Source of the DNA: an uncultured Candidatus Saccharibacteria bacterium
Lineage (GTDB): Bacteria > Patescibacteriota > Saccharimonadia > Saccharimonadales > Saccharimonadaceae
NCBI GenBank assembly: GCA_963514895.1
Contig: CAUPVK010000002.1
Coordinates: 12,323 to 76,322 of the forward strand
Direction of reading: 5' to 3'
DNA: 64,000 nucleotides
Shown: piece after piece, positions 1-9,418 of the stretch
Position numbering within the stretch: position 1 is the stretch's first letter
Layout: each line of letters opens with the position of its first letter
The notes under the pieces: generated by a model
Seen by the model: only the letters and a program-made list of their open reading frames with translations
Database searches by the model: none
What the model was told of the DNA's origin: nothing
Position numbers and translations under genes: made by a program

Positions 1-31
1 GGCACCACGCGCGAGCAGCACACTCTACGAT

Positions 32-676
32 GTGAGCGGCAAAGAAGGTGCTCCTCACTACCATGCGCCGCGCCCAGAAGCGAACCTGCCACGGATGTCA
101 TCAGAAGTGCGTCGCCGCCATGATGAATCAGTCATGGCCTTCCCGAATCTCAATCTGAGCGAGCAAGAATACATCATTAGTGTAGTGCGTCGCCATCCAA
201 TCGGCATGCTGCCAGCGATTGTTATGTCGACCTTGATGACAAGCATTGTCTTGGCACTGATGTTTAATTACGACTATATTTTTGATCTCCTCCACCTGCC
301 AGCTTCTGCTTCTGGGTCATTTATGTTGCTGTGTATGGCGCTCATCTTGGCCTTTATTCTTGGTGGCTATGTATCGGTCTGGGTTTATACGCGCAATATG
401 TTTTATCTAACGAACGAGAGTGTTATTCAGGAGATCCAGACGAGTATTTTTTCACACACCGAGCAAACGGTTAGTCTGATGAATATCGAGGATGCCAGTT
501 ACAACCAGCGTGGTGTCCTCCAAGCAATGTTTAATTATGGCTCAATTCGCCTTAGTACGGAGGGTGACGAGACAACCTATCGCTTCTCATTCGTAGCTAA
601 CCCCAAGCAAGAAATCGCGACGCTTAATAACGCAGTAGAGGACTTCAAGAACGGCCGGCCAGTGGCAAATGACTAA
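32..676 (+). CDS. Membrane protein with bacterial PH-like (YdbS/YdbT, DUF304-type) domain
   Basis: ORF track. The pattern 'EQEYIISVVRRHPIGML' followed by two hydrophobic helices and a soluble C-terminal domain is typical of bPH_2 proteins. The start is uncertain: GTG at 32 or ATG at 95. Confidence 0.45.
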   Translation: MSGKEGAPHYHAPRPEANLPRMSSEVRRRHDESVMAFPNLNLSEQEYIISVVRRHPIGMLPAIVMSTLMTSIVLALMFNYDYIFDLLHLPASASGSFMLLCMALILAFILGGYVSVWVYTRNMFYLTNESVIQEIQTSIFSHTEQTVSLMNIEDASYNQRGVLQAMFNYGSIRLSTEGDETTYRFSFVANPKQEIATLNNAVEDFKNGRPVAND

Positions 677-695
677 TACTAGCAGCGTTGATGAT

Positions 696-730
696 AAAAA
701 ACACCGAGCAGACAAAGCTTGGTGTTTTTG
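696..730. terminator. Bidirectional intrinsic terminator between convergent genes
   Basis: The sequence is aaaaa-ACACCGAGC-agacaaa-GCTTGGTGT-ttttt. This gives a 9-bp stem with one G-T wobble, flanked by an A-run and a T-run. Confidence 0.6.
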
Positions 731-757
731 TATATCTATATTTATATAAATAGAGAC

Positions 758-1156
758 TTAGGTATTATTGCGGTTGGTCTTGGTGTAGTCTGCCTCCCGC
801 TCTAAGTTGGCAGTGAGTTTGTAGCCTTTGCACTGGTTGTCGGTGGTGCAGTCGGTGCCACTGTAGTGGTAGCTAGACTGGGCGCTGCCAAGCTTGTGGC
901 CATTTGGATCGGTAAAGAGCGATGGGTCAACCGAGCGCAGTGTCTTGCTATCGATCGTGTTAGGGTAGTGGTTATTTTTCTCAAAATATACTTCTTCCAG
1001 GCTATAGTACATTGCGTTAATGGCGGTCTTGCGCTGGTTGTCACGCTGCGTCGCTTCGGTCGCGATTTTCTCGCTGAAAAAGAGCCAGCTGCCCGTTGCA
1101 AGCAGAGCGATCACAACGATGAGCTCAATAACGGTAAATCCTTTACGTGCCTTCAT
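758..1156 (-). CDS. Type IV pilin / pseudopilin with prepilin N-terminal cleavage-methylation motif
   Basis: The N-terminus 'MKARKGFTVIELIVVIALLA' matches the class III signal peptide (G/FT.IE plus a hydrophobic helix). A TGcTATAAT box lies 6 nt upstream of the ATG. Confidence 0.8.
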   Translation of the reverse strand: MKARKGFTVIELIVVIALLATGSWLFFSEKIATEATQRDNQRKTAINAMYYSLEEVYFEKNNHYPNTIDSKTLRSVDPSLFTDPNGHKLGSAQSSYHYSGTDCTTDNQCKGYKLTANLEREADYTKTNRNNT

Positions 1157-1361
1157 GGTGTTATTATAGCATGTCTATCACGAAAAAATCTCCCTAGATA
1201 GGCCTGTTGCTGCTCAGCACTCTATATTGATCGGTCAGTGAGAAGTTGGAGATTATAAAAATAAATCGGTGATAGTCAAGGTGTTATTATTGCAAATCAA
1301 TCTCTGCGCGGACAATAGCAAGAGATTCTGGTATAATAAATTCTTGAAGGAGAGGGGACGT

Positions 1362-2384
1362 ATGACCAAACAATCGAATACGACACAAACCACAGACGAC
1401 GGCAAGCTCAAAGCGCTTGGCCTCGCGATGGATCAGATTACAAAACAATTTGGCGATGGCGCCATTATGAAGCTTGGCGAATTCCACCAGGCAGATGTAG
1501 CGGTGATTCCGTCTGGATCGCTGAGCCTCGATCTTGCGCTGGGCGGTGGCTACCCTAAGGGGCGCATTATTGAGATCTATGGGCCAGAGAGTAGCGGTAA
1601 GACGACGCTGACGCTGCATGCTATTGCTGAGATTCAGAAGCAGGGTGGCACAGCGGCCTTTGTTGATGCCGAGCATGCGCTCGACCCGAGCTATGCCAAG
1701 AAGCTTGGCGTTGATACAGACAACCTTTTGGTGTCGCAGCCAGACAATGGTGAGCAAGCGTTGGAGATTACGGAGACGCTGGTGCGGTCGAATGCCGTTG
1801 ACCTCATCGTGGTGGACTCGGTGGCAGCGTTGACGCCGCAAGCAGAAATTGACGGCGACATGGGTGATTCACACATGGGTCTCCAGGCTCGCTTGATGAG
1901 CCAAGCACTGCGTAAGCTAACGGGGATTATCAACAAGAGCAAAGCAACCGTCATTTTCATCAACCAGATTCGCATGAAGATCGGCGTAATGTTTGGCAAT
2001 CCTGAGACAACGACCGGTGGTAATGCGCTAAAGTTCTATGCCTCGCAGCGGGTGGATATCCGCCGGATTGGGCAGATTAAAGTGGGTGATGACATTCGCG
2101 GCAATCGCACCAAGGTAAAGGTGGTAAAAAACAAGATTGCGCCGCCCTTCCGCGTTGCTGAGTTCGACATTATGTATAATGAAGGCATTTCTAAGACTGG
2201 CGACATTCTGGATTTGGCAGCTACGCACGGCATTGTTGAAAAATCTGGTGCCTTTTACAAATATAACGGCGAGACTATTGGTCAAGGCCGTGATAAAACT
2301 AAGTTGTACCTGAAAGAACATCCTGAGGTCCTGATGGAAATTGATCAGAAGGTTCGCGACAAAGTGAAAGAAGGAGAAAACTAA
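1362..2384 (+). CDS. recA: Recombinase RecA
   Basis: The Walker A motif '[10 protein letters not shown]' and canonical RecA blocks ('FVDAEHALD', '[31 protein letters not shown]') are present. I chose the ATG at 1362 because aaggagagggg lies just upstream. The longer track ORF from 1269 adds a non-RecA leader. Confidence 0.97.
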   Translation: MTKQSNTTQTTDDGKLKALGLAMDQITKQFGDGAIMKLGEFHQADVAVIPSGSLSLDLALGGGYPKGRIIEIYGPESSGKTTLTLHAIAEIQKQGGTAAFVDAEHALDPSYAKKLGVDTDNLLVSQPDNGEQALEITETLVRSNAVDLIVVDSVAALTPQAEIDGDMGDSHMGLQARLMSQALRKLTGIINKSKATVIFINQIRMKIGVMFGNPETTTGGNALKFYASQRVDIRRIGQIKVGDDIRGNRTKVKVVKNKIAPPFRVAEFDIMYNEGISKTGDILDLAATHGIVEKSGAFYKYNGETIGQGRDKTKLYLKEHPEVLMEIDQKVRDKVKEGEN

Positions 2385-2908
2385 TGCGCGCAGCAGATGC
2401 TGCATATCCAGTCGAAAAACATATGGCGTCAGTCAGTCTGGTCTTTGATGATGAGCAAAACGCGTATCTTCGCGAGTTGTCAGAAACAATGAACCTTGAC
2501 TTTGGTGAGTTTATCCCACACGTGACATTGATTAACGTGACTGAGCGGGATATGTCACGTCTCAAAGCAGCCGCTGCGGCGCTACCCGTCCTCGATAAGT
2601 TGGTGCTTGATGGAGTTAATTTCCTGCCAGATAAAGCAGGCAACTGTGTTTGGGTGGAGCTGCGCACGCAGAAAACTGCCTGGATGGTTGAGGCGCACCA
2701 GCAATTACTCGCGGCACTGGATGGTATTCATCCGGGGCTGGATATCGATGGCTTCCGCCCGCACATCACGCTTGGTTGCGTCGAGGCCGGTACGTTGGAC
2801 GACGTTAATATGAGCGCTATTCCAGGGCAACTACCGGTCATCACCGAACCGCGTGCTGCTGCTTGCTACAACGGCGTGCATGGCAAGGTGGTCGAGGTAG
2901 TCGAGTAG
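2384..2908 (+). CDS. 2H phosphoesterase superfamily protein (LigT / 2'-5' RNA ligase-like)
   Basis: It carries two H-x-T-x motifs, 'PHVTLINV' and 'PHITLGCV', at the spacing typical of 2H enzymes. The start overlaps the recA stop (TAATG). Confidence 0.6.
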   Translation: MRAADAAYPVEKHMASVSLVFDDEQNAYLRELSETMNLDFGEFIPHVTLINVTERDMSRLKAAAAALPVLDKLVLDGVNFLPDKAGNCVWVELRTQKTAWMVEAHQQLLAALDGIHPGLDIDGFRPHITLGCVEAGTLDDVNMSAIPGQLPVITEPRAAACYNGVHGKVVEVVE

Positions 2909-2953
2909 CCTCTGCCAGTAGCGAGCTCACTGTTTTCGCGTTATAATATTTTT

Positions 2954-3466
2954 ATGAAAATCACTGACATCTCTCTTCAGGCTCGCGATAACAACCGTGT
3001 TAATGTGAGTGTTGATGGCGTATACAGCTTCAGTTTGGATATCGCTCAGGTGACTGACTTAAATCTTAAGGTCTGCCGTGAATTGAGTGATGGGGAGTTG
3101 GAAGAGCTGCAAGAAGAGAGCCAATTTGGCAAGCTGTATATGCGAGCACTTGCATATTGCTTGCGGCGACCACATTCAGTTAAGGAAGTCAGGGATTATC
3201 TATGGCGAAAAACCCAGCCAGCGCTTCGTAAGAGGCAAACTGGTATGAATAATCCTGTGGTCTATTCAGAGCGGGTGGCGTCGCGAGTGCTGAGTAAGCT
3301 CCAGCAGAAAGCATATGTTAATGACGAAGCGTTTGCGCGGTGATGGGTGGAAAATCGTCAGCTCAGCAAAGGCGTAAGTCGGCGTAAATTGACGGCTGAG
3401 CTGACTCGCCTAGCGCAGCACATGCGAAAAGTAGTAACTGATATAAAGAACAACACACAGGAGTAA
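2954..3466 (+). pseudogene. recX: recX paralogue interrupted by an in-frame TGA (3341-3343) and lacking the C-terminal repeat
   Basis: The 129-aa ORF aligns by eye with the RecX at 5352-6023 ('FSLDIAQV', 'FGKLYMRAL', 'RPHS..E.RDYL'). Its '..DEAFAR*WVENRQLSKGVSRRKLTAEL' corresponds to 'DDEAFAQWWVENRHQSKGASRRKLDAEL' in the intact copy. The frame stays open to a TAA at 3464-3466. Confidence 0.6.
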
Positions 3467-4018
3467 GTGATGCATAATGATCTATGGCAGAGTTACCGCC
3501 CAAATGGAGTGCCAAAACAGGGCGAAGGCCTTACCCGCAAAGATTTGACCAAGGATACTATTGTCGCGGCAGCACATGTTTGGCTGTGGCGGCGTAGTAG
3601 TGATGGTGGGTGTGACATATTGCTTCAGCGCCGAGCTGACCAGGTCAAAAACTGGCCAGGCTATTGGGATATTTCGGCAGCAGGGCACGTGAGCCTTGGC
3701 GAGACACCACTTGATGCGGCACTGCGTGAGGCTCAAGAAGAGATTGGTATGACGCTTGATACTTCTCGAGTGAAGTTTATTGGAAGTTTGCCAAAGCGCA
3801 AATCAGCATATAGCGAGTTTCACTTTATTTACACTTATGAATACAACGATGAGCCGCTCGATATGGTTGATGGTGAAGCGGCGGCACTGCGCTGGGTGCC
3901 GTATGATACATTCCGTCAGATGATCGAGCGGCCAGAAGATGCAATGCTTGTACCGCATCGGCCACTCTATTTTGCACTGTTGATGGAAGAACTAGGACGA
4001 ATATCGCGCGAGTCATGA
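3467..4018 (+). CDS. NUDIX hydrolase
   Basis: The Nudix box 'GHVSLGETPLDAALREAQEEIGM' (GX5EX7REUXEEXGU) is present. The start is GTG at 3467 or ATG at 3470. Confidence 0.8.
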   Translation: MMHNDLWQSYRPNGVPKQGEGLTRKDLTKDTIVAAAHVWLWRRSSDGGCDILLQRRADQVKNWPGYWDISAAGHVSLGETPLDAALREAQEEIGMTLDTSRVKFIGSLPKRKSAYSEFHFIYTYEYNDEPLDMVDGEAAALRWVPYDTFRQMIERPEDAMLVPHRPLYFALLMEELGRISRES

Positions 4019-4086
4019 AATAGAGGTAGAGACCAAAGACCAAGGCAACAATTCTAAAGTCGACACCAGAGGAGCAAAAATAAAGC

Positions 4087-4704
4087 ATGGATATCGAAAA
4101 CCACTACAGAAACGACACTCCGTTTACTCGGGCAATCATCCTCCATGGACGACCAGACTATGACGAGTACTATAATATCCAGGATGACAGCCCAAGCAAC
4201 TCTCATTGGCTGCCTTGGCTCCAGCAACAATTCTTGATACGTGGGATACTAACGCAAACACCCGAGATGCCTCGCCCATACGAGCCACGCTATGAAGCAT
4301 GGTGTCAAGAATTTGCCCATCTGCCAGTGGATGAGCGTACGCTGCTAGTGGGACATAGCTGTGGTGGAGGTTTTTTGCTCCGCTGGCTGAGCGAGGGGAA
4401 TTGCCGTGTTGGCCGAGTTGTGCTGGTGGCGCCGTGGCTGGATGTTGAGGGAGAGGCGGGAGATTTCTTTCGCTTTGCACTCGACCGCGAGATTGACCGC
4501 AAAGCAGTGCACGGCATTGATGTGCTCTACTCTACTAATGACTACCCACACCTACAAAGCTCCACGGCAAAGCTCCGCTGTGAGCTACCCCAGCTGCGCT
4601 ACCATCGATTTGTCGACCATGGCCACTTCACCTTCAGTGCGATGCAGACACGAGCGTTCCCAGAGCTGGTAGAGATTTGCTTAAGAGAGGAGAAGAATAA
4701 ATGA
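4087..4704 (+). CDS. Alpha/beta serine hydrolase, YdeN/RBBP9-like
   Basis: It has the nucleophile elbow 'VGHSCGG' and a C-terminal 'DHGHF' histidine region. It sits in tandem with a paralogue. Confidence 0.55.
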   Translation: MDIENHYRNDTPFTRAIILHGRPDYDEYYNIQDDSPSNSHWLPWLQQQFLIRGILTQTPEMPRPYEPRYEAWCQEFAHLPVDERTLLVGHSCGGGFLLRWLSEGNCRVGRVVLVAPWLDVEGEAGDFFRFALDREIDRKAVHGIDVLYSTNDYPHLQSSTAKLRCELPQLRYHRFVDHGHFTFSAMQTRAFPELVEICLREEKNK

Positions 4705-5273
4705 AAATTGTAATGATTCATGGTAACGGAGGCGGTGTTGGTGATGATGTGTGGAAGCCGTGGCTCAAGGCAGAGCTAGAGGCTCGAGGTCATATGGTCT
4801 TGAGCCCGACTTTTCCTGATAATTATGAAGCAAAAGCTTCGGTCTGGCTGCCGTACCTCCGTGACGAGCTTAATGTGGACGAAGACGTTGTTTTAATTGG
4901 GCATAGCTCGGGGGCGGTTGCAGCGATGCGATATGCAGAGAAGTATCGGGTTCGGGGTAGTTTTCTGATTGGTGCTTGCTACACCGATCTCGATGATCCA
5001 GATGAAAGGATCTCTGGATATTATGATGCACCATGGCAGTGGGAGAAGATTCGCAGCAATCAACAGTTCATCGTATTGCTTGCATCGTCTGATGATCCAT
5101 GGATACCAATCTATCAGCCACGTCATATAGCGCAAAGTCTCCAATGTGAATACCATGAGTATACTGACAAAGGGCACTTCATCCCTCACGAGAGCGCAAA
5201 TGAGAATGAGTGGAAGAAGTTCCCAGAACTCCTCCAAATCATCACAAACCATATCGCAGATGAGTTACTATAA
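4701..5273 (+). CDS. Alpha/beta serine hydrolase, YdeN/RBBP9-like (tandem paralogue)
   Basis: 'MIHGNGGG', 'IGHSSGA' and 'DKGHF' match the YdeN/RBBP9 family pattern. The start overlaps the upstream stop (ATGA). Confidence 0.6.
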   Translation: MKIVMIHGNGGGVGDDVWKPWLKAELEARGHMVLSPTFPDNYEAKASVWLPYLRDELNVDEDVVLIGHSSGAVAAMRYAEKYRVRGSFLIGACYTDLDDPDERISGYYDAPWQWEKIRSNQQFIVLLASSDDPWIPIYQPRHIAQSLQCEYHEYTDKGHFIPHESANENEWKKFPELLQIITNHIADELL

Positions 5274-5351
5274 TAGATTTTGAGTGATCATTGAATTTGT
5301 ATATTTTCGCGATCGAGTGACATAGCACGCTGCACTCAGTATAATAAATAT

Positions 5352-6023
5352 ATGCCGACAGAAAAAACCTACACCATTACTGCGCTCACAGCACAGGTGC
5401 GGCATGCCGATCGAGTGAATGTATTTATCGATGGCACATATGATTTTAGCCTTGATGTGGCGCAGGTGGTGGATTGTGGCGTGAAGGTGGGGCGAATGCT
5501 GACTGAGGCCGAGCTGGCTGAGCTGCGCCGTGAGGGGGAGTTTGGTAAGCTCTACGCGCGGGCGCTCGAATACACCCTGATGCGGCCGCACAGTGCGCGT
5601 GAAATCCGTGACTATCTCCAGCGCAAAACACTGCCACGCAAATATAAACAACGCAAAACTGGCACGCTGGTTGAGAAGCCTGGTGCTTCGCCGGCGGTGG
5701 CGCAACGGGTGTTTGCGCGCCTTGAGGAGCGTGGTCATATCGATGATGAGGCATTTGCCCAGTGGTGGGTGGAAAATCGCCACCAAAGTAAGGGTGCGTC
5801 GCGTCGCAAGCTAGACGCAGAGCTACGTGCCAAGGGTGTTGCACCGGAGGTGATAAACCAAGCATTAGCGCAGTCGAGGCGGACTGATGAAGACGAGCTA
5901 GCGAAGATAATTGCCAAAAAGCGCCCCCGCTACCCAGACGAGCAAAAGCTTATCGCGTATCTCTTGCGCCAAGGCTTTGCCTATGATGATATCCGGGCAG
6001 CGTTGGCGGGTGACGAGTACTGA
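5352..6023 (+). CDS. recX: Recombination regulator RecX (full length)
   Basis: It shows three-repeat RecX organisation with 'FGKLYARALEYTLMRPHSAREIRDYL' and 'WWVENRHQSKGASRRKLDAELRAKGV'. A TATAAT box lies 6 nt upstream of the ATG. Confidence 0.85.
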   Translation: MPTEKTYTITALTAQVRHADRVNVFIDGTYDFSLDVAQVVDCGVKVGRMLTEAELAELRREGEFGKLYARALEYTLMRPHSAREIRDYLQRKTLPRKYKQRKTGTLVEKPGASPAVAQRVFARLEERGHIDDEAFAQWWVENRHQSKGASRRKLDAELRAKGVAPEVINQALAQSRRTDEDELAKIIAKKRPRYPDEQKLIAYLLRQGFAYDDIRAALAGDEY

Positions 6024-6027
6024 TGTG

Positions 6028-6630
6028 TTAGCGACGCTCGTCTGTCTTAATCGACTCTCGGGCTTGCGATGGCTTACGGAAGGGGTTAACGTATTCGCCA
6101 CTACTCATGGCTGGTTGGGTGGCCTTTTGCTCGGGCTTTTTGGTCTCAGCCTGCGACTGGACGATGATGGCATCGTTGTTGATCTCGATAATTTGTGACC
6201 GATGGATAACTAGCTCAGCATCATTCAAGCGGTGAAGCCACGAGCGCCGGACGATGAGTTGCTGAATGACAAAATTACCTGTCTCGATCGTATAATCGCT
6301 AATCTTACCGAGGCGTTGCCCGCGCTTGTCTTGGACAGTCATGCCCAAAAGGTGAAACTTGAGCTCGTAGAGGCGCTGGATCTTGATGACGTCGGTGGGG
6401 GTGATGAGCTCGTCGACAGAGTCGATAATCATACCAAGCTCGCTCATCTCACGCACATCAGCGAGGCGGAGCAGCATGGTTGTGTCGTTAGCGAATGAGC
6501 CATCTACGGTGTAGGCAACGATGGCTAGAGTTGCTGGATCGACAAGCGGCTGGGCGAGGCTGCCAACTTTGCCACCCATTTGTAAGCTCATCACGGGGTA
6601 GTTAGTGAGTGCAGATCCGAGCAGTATCAT
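6028..6630 (-). CDS. PRC-barrel domain protein
   Basis: The motifs 'GSALTNYPVMSLQMGGKVG' and the repeated 'V.D..G..LGKISDY' resemble tandem PRC-barrel modules. I chose the start at 6630 because a TGcTATACT box lies 6 nt upstream. Confidence 0.45.
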   Translation of the reverse strand: MILLGSALTNYPVMSLQMGGKVGSLAQPLVDPATLAIVAYTVDGSFANDTTMLLRLADVREMSELGMIIDSVDELITPTDVIKIQRLYELKFHLLGMTVQDKRGQRLGKISDYTIETGNFVIQQLIVRRSWLHRLNDAELVIHRSQIIEINNDAIIVQSQAETKKPEQKATQPAMSSGEYVNPFRKPSQARESIKTDERR

Positions 6631-6683
6631 ATGTGTAGTATAGCATTGCGCCGCAAAAAGCTCCACTGCGGCTGCGCAAAATG

Positions 6684-6968
6684 TTACTCAACAAATGGGT
6701 TACGCGAGCTAATTGGCAGCTGGCTAGCGCTTTGGTCGGACTCGCTGGCGGTTTTGAGTTGCTCGATTTTTTTGATGGTCGCTTGATCAATGCCATTGGT
6801 GGGCTGGGGCGGGGCAGCCTCTGACGCCTTGGAGATGGTGGTATTAAGCAAGAAGGTAATAACGGCTAGGCCACCGAAGGCAATAATAACAAAGAGAATA
6901 ATGTGGTAGCGGTGGAGAAATTTGCTACTGGCGCGCCCAAGCGCGGCGAGTGAGAGATCGCTGTTCAT
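6684..6968 (-). CDS. Small single-pass membrane protein, distal gene of the pilus operon
   Basis: It has one hydrophobic helix ('IILFVIIAFGGLAVITFLL') and a 4-nt overlap with the upstream gene. Confidence 0.4.
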   Translation of the reverse strand: MNSDLSLAALGRASSKFLHRYHIILFVIIAFGGLAVITFLLNTTISKASEAAPPQPTNGIDQATIKKIEQLKTASESDQSASQLPISSRNPFVE

Positions 6969-7606
6969 GATCGGAGATATACCTCGATGGTTAATGTGTT
7001 GCTAGTGATGCTATCGGGTGGCTGGCCCTGAGCGGTGCTGCGCGAGAGGTCAACATTGGCTATGCGCATCTTTGTCAGGCTTTGCTCGACGAGATACATG
7101 AAGGTGAGAAGTTTGCGATACTCGACGGGGTTCTTGACGGTAACAGAGGCGGTAGTCGCTTTGAGTCCAGCAATAGCAGGCAGGGATGTGCCCGTCTTGC
7201 TACTACTCGATGAGCTACTTGACGAACTGCTCGATGAGCCGCCCTTGGCATTGTCATCAGCAAAGGTGATGTCTGAAATAGTAATGCCAGCTTTGCGGGC
7301 AAAGTCATTAAGGTCGTTGATAATCTGATCTTGATATTGGTAGCTTTTGCTTTCGGCAGCGATCTTGGAGGCGCGCTCGACGGCATGATGCTGCGTTTTG
7401 AGCATCTTTTCGGTCTGGGAAAGCTCTTGCAGTTCAGACTCACTGGCGGCAGCGTGCGAGGCAACAGTGCTAGCATCGGCTGCAAAGCCATCAAGCCAGT
7501 TGTAGGCAAGGGCAAAACCACCAGCTCCAATTGCAGTAATGGCTACCAGCGACACGGCAAGGATAATCCGGAGGTTTGTCGCCGTTAGCGTGAATTTTTT
7601 GCTCAT
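6965..7606 (-). CDS. PilO-like type IV pilus assembly protein with an internal 13-residue poly-Ser tract
   Basis: It has an N-terminal TM helix and a coiled-coil region, and sits after pilN in the operon order pilM-pilN-X. The Ser13 tract is encoded at 7199-7237. Confidence 0.45.
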   Translation of the reverse strand: MSKKFTLTATNLRIILAVSLVAITAIGAGGFALAYNWLDGFAADASTVASHAAASESELQELSQTEKMLKTQHHAVERASKIAAESKSYQYQDQIINDLNDFARKAGITISDITFADDNAKGGSSSSSSSSSSSSSKTGTSLPAIAGLKATTASVTVKNPVEYRKLLTFMYLVEQSLTKMRIANVDLSRSTAQGQPPDSITSNTLTIEVYLRS

Positions 7607-8169
7607 TGTTGGCCGATTCCTTTCTTGAATGTGACACTGTAGGTTGAGGTGTAGGGATAGCTACCGGCGTCTTTGTCTTGCAGTGTGATGGATTGGAAGC
7701 TGACGCTGGAGAAGATGGCAGAGTCATTGAGGCGGTTGCGTAGAGCAATAGCATCGTTGTAGCCTTTGGCGCGGATACTCAGCGTGGTGGGGGTGCCAAA
7801 GGTGGTTGGGTCGATATTAAGCTGCTCGATGATAACGTTGGGCGGAAGGCGATCGGCAATAAGCTTGATGAGGCGGGTGTACGAGACCTGTTGGTCGAGG
7901 ATGGCTTTGGCAGTAGTGAGGTTAGCCTTGAACTCAGTAGCTTCACGCTTGACGGTGGCATATTCGGCAGTTTTGTTGTGGTTGCGCTCTACGGCGGCTT
8001 CGTTGCGGCCACGCTCGGTTGCGATGAAAAAGTACACACCGCCGATTTCAGCCAAAACGACAAAGACCAAGACAAAGAGTAGCACAACATAGCGGCGTAG
8101 CAAGGTGTTGGTGCGGCTCGCAGCGAGCTGTTTTTTATACGCTGGTGGCAATAGATTAATCATTTCCAA
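7603..8169 (-). CDS. pilN: PilN-like type IV pilus assembly protein
   Basis: The 'INLLPPAYKKQ' N-terminus plus a TM helix is typical of PilN. It overlaps pilM and the downstream gene. Confidence 0.65.
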   Translation of the reverse strand: MEMINLLPPAYKKQLAASRTNTLLRRYVVLLFVLVFVVLAEIGGVYFFIATERGRNEAAVERNHNKTAEYATVKREATEFKANLTTAKAILDQQVSYTRLIKLIADRLPPNVIIEQLNIDPTTFGTPTTLSIRAKGYNDAIALRNRLNDSAIFSSVSFQSITLQDKDAGSYPYTSTYSVTFKKGIGQQ

Positions 8170-9218
8170 ATTTCCCCACTACTGAGGCTGGCCAAGCCTG
8201 CAACACTAATATACCGAGGCCGAAACTGCTTTTGTGGCTGCTGGAGCTTGCCAAAGTCAAGCTTTTGCCATGGATTAACGACGCGCACTGGCATGACGAG
8301 GTCGTTGGTGAAGAAGTCGCCCATGCCTGGTACATTGCTACCACCACCGACGATGACGATTTGCTCGATCTTGCGCTCATCACCAATCCGGTCGTTGTAA
8401 TAGCGGATCACCTTGCGGATCTCGGTGCTGATGCGCTTGAGGCTTGGTTTGAGTGCCTCAGTGATGCCAGCTTGGCGTGGCCCAGGCGAGAGGCCATTGA
8501 GCACCTTGAGCTGGTGGGCATTCTCGAGTGTGATGTTGAGATGCTTCGAGATGTCGATGGTGAAGGTATTGCCGCCAATTGCCACCCCACCAGTCAGGCG
8601 GACGGCACTTTTATCTAGCACGGCGATGTCGGTGCTCGCTGGGCCAATATCGACGACGAGCGTGAGAAGGTTGCCAGCATCAGCGCTGTCGAGCACGCGC
8701 GCAATCGCGTTGATATTGGGCTCAACAACCACCGGTACGAGTCCCACCGCCTCGGCCGCTTGCAAACAGGCGTCGACCAGCTGCTTGGGCACGGCTGACA
8801 TCACAACGTTGAGCTGCTCTTTGGTGTGCTCGATCACTTCATAATCAACATAGAGCGAATCGAGCGGCAAGGGGATATACTGGTCGACCTCTACCTGGAT
8901 AGCGCCATCGAGGTGTGCTGCCTCTTTGGCTGGGATCATGAAGGTGCGCGAGTAGGTGCGGCTGGTTGGCACACCAATCACTACGTGATCGCTACCAAGG
9001 TTACCAATGAGATGTTCGTTGATGAGCGAGCTGAGGCGCTCGGCCAGGTAGGAGTCATCAGGGTTGTCGAGGGACGTTTGGACTTCCTTTGGGTCAAGGT
9101 CGAGCGAACCATAGCCCAGCACGAGCCAGCGCTTGGAGTCGATCGACATAATTTTGATGCCTGTCTGACTAATGTCGAGACCGATGATTGGTTTGTCGCG
9201 ATAAAATAACTTTGCCAT
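8160..9218 (-). CDS. pilM: PilM, actin-like ATPase of the type IV pilus assembly platform
   Basis: 'IIGLDISQTGIKIM' and 'VVDIGPASTDIAV' are ASKHA phosphate motifs. The size and the operon context with pilN fit PilM. Confidence 0.85.
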   Translation of the reverse strand: MAKLFYRDKPIIGLDISQTGIKIMSIDSKRWLVLGYGSLDLDPKEVQTSLDNPDDSYLAERLSSLINEHLIGNLGSDHVVIGVPTSRTYSRTFMIPAKEAAHLDGAIQVEVDQYIPLPLDSLYVDYEVIEHTKEQLNVVMSAVPKQLVDACLQAAEAVGLVPVVVEPNINAIARVLDSADAGNLLTLVVDIGPASTDIAVLDKSAVRLTGGVAIGGNTFTIDISKHLNITLENAHQLKVLNGLSPGPRQAGITEALKPSLKRISTEIRKVIRYYNDRIGDERKIEQIVIVGGGSNVPGMGDFFTNDLVMPVRVVNPWQKLDFGKLQQPQKQFRPRYISVAGLASLSSGEIWK

Positions 9219-9418
9219 GATACGTTCGTTTCCGTCATTATAGCATAAGCGATATGATAAACGCTAGCGTTTTGATGAGGATTGTCACGGATCGGTAGAC
9301 TGTTGTTCGTGGTGTGATAATGGCAAAAAAGACAGGTTGCTGGCCAGTGGCAGATCACGCCATCGGATAAAGAACTAATATGTAGCTGAAACGCCGACAG
9401 AGAATAGGGAATCCAGTC

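Noticed and set aside
1269-1361. N-terminal extensions of recA (from 1269), eno (to 17804), gpmA (from 18406), the PRC-barrel gene (to 6666), padR (to 23701) and the LPXTG protein (to 47225), as given in the ORF track.
   Set aside because: The extensions add non-homologous residues and run through recognisable RBS or -10 elements. Internal ATGs with an SD or the TATAAT-N6 arrangement match the conserved N-termini.
3341-3343. Possibility that the in-frame TGA in the recX paralogue reflects an alternative genetic code, with TGA read as Trp or Gly as in some candidate phyla.
   Set aside because: Many well-supported genes in the window terminate at TGA, for example the HEPN-like gene at 32117-32119, hsdS at 33154-33156 and tsaE. 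The long conserved genes (recA, eno, pilB, hsdR) contain no internal TGA and use TGG for Trp. The standard code 11 fits, so the TGA is better read as a nonsense mutation.
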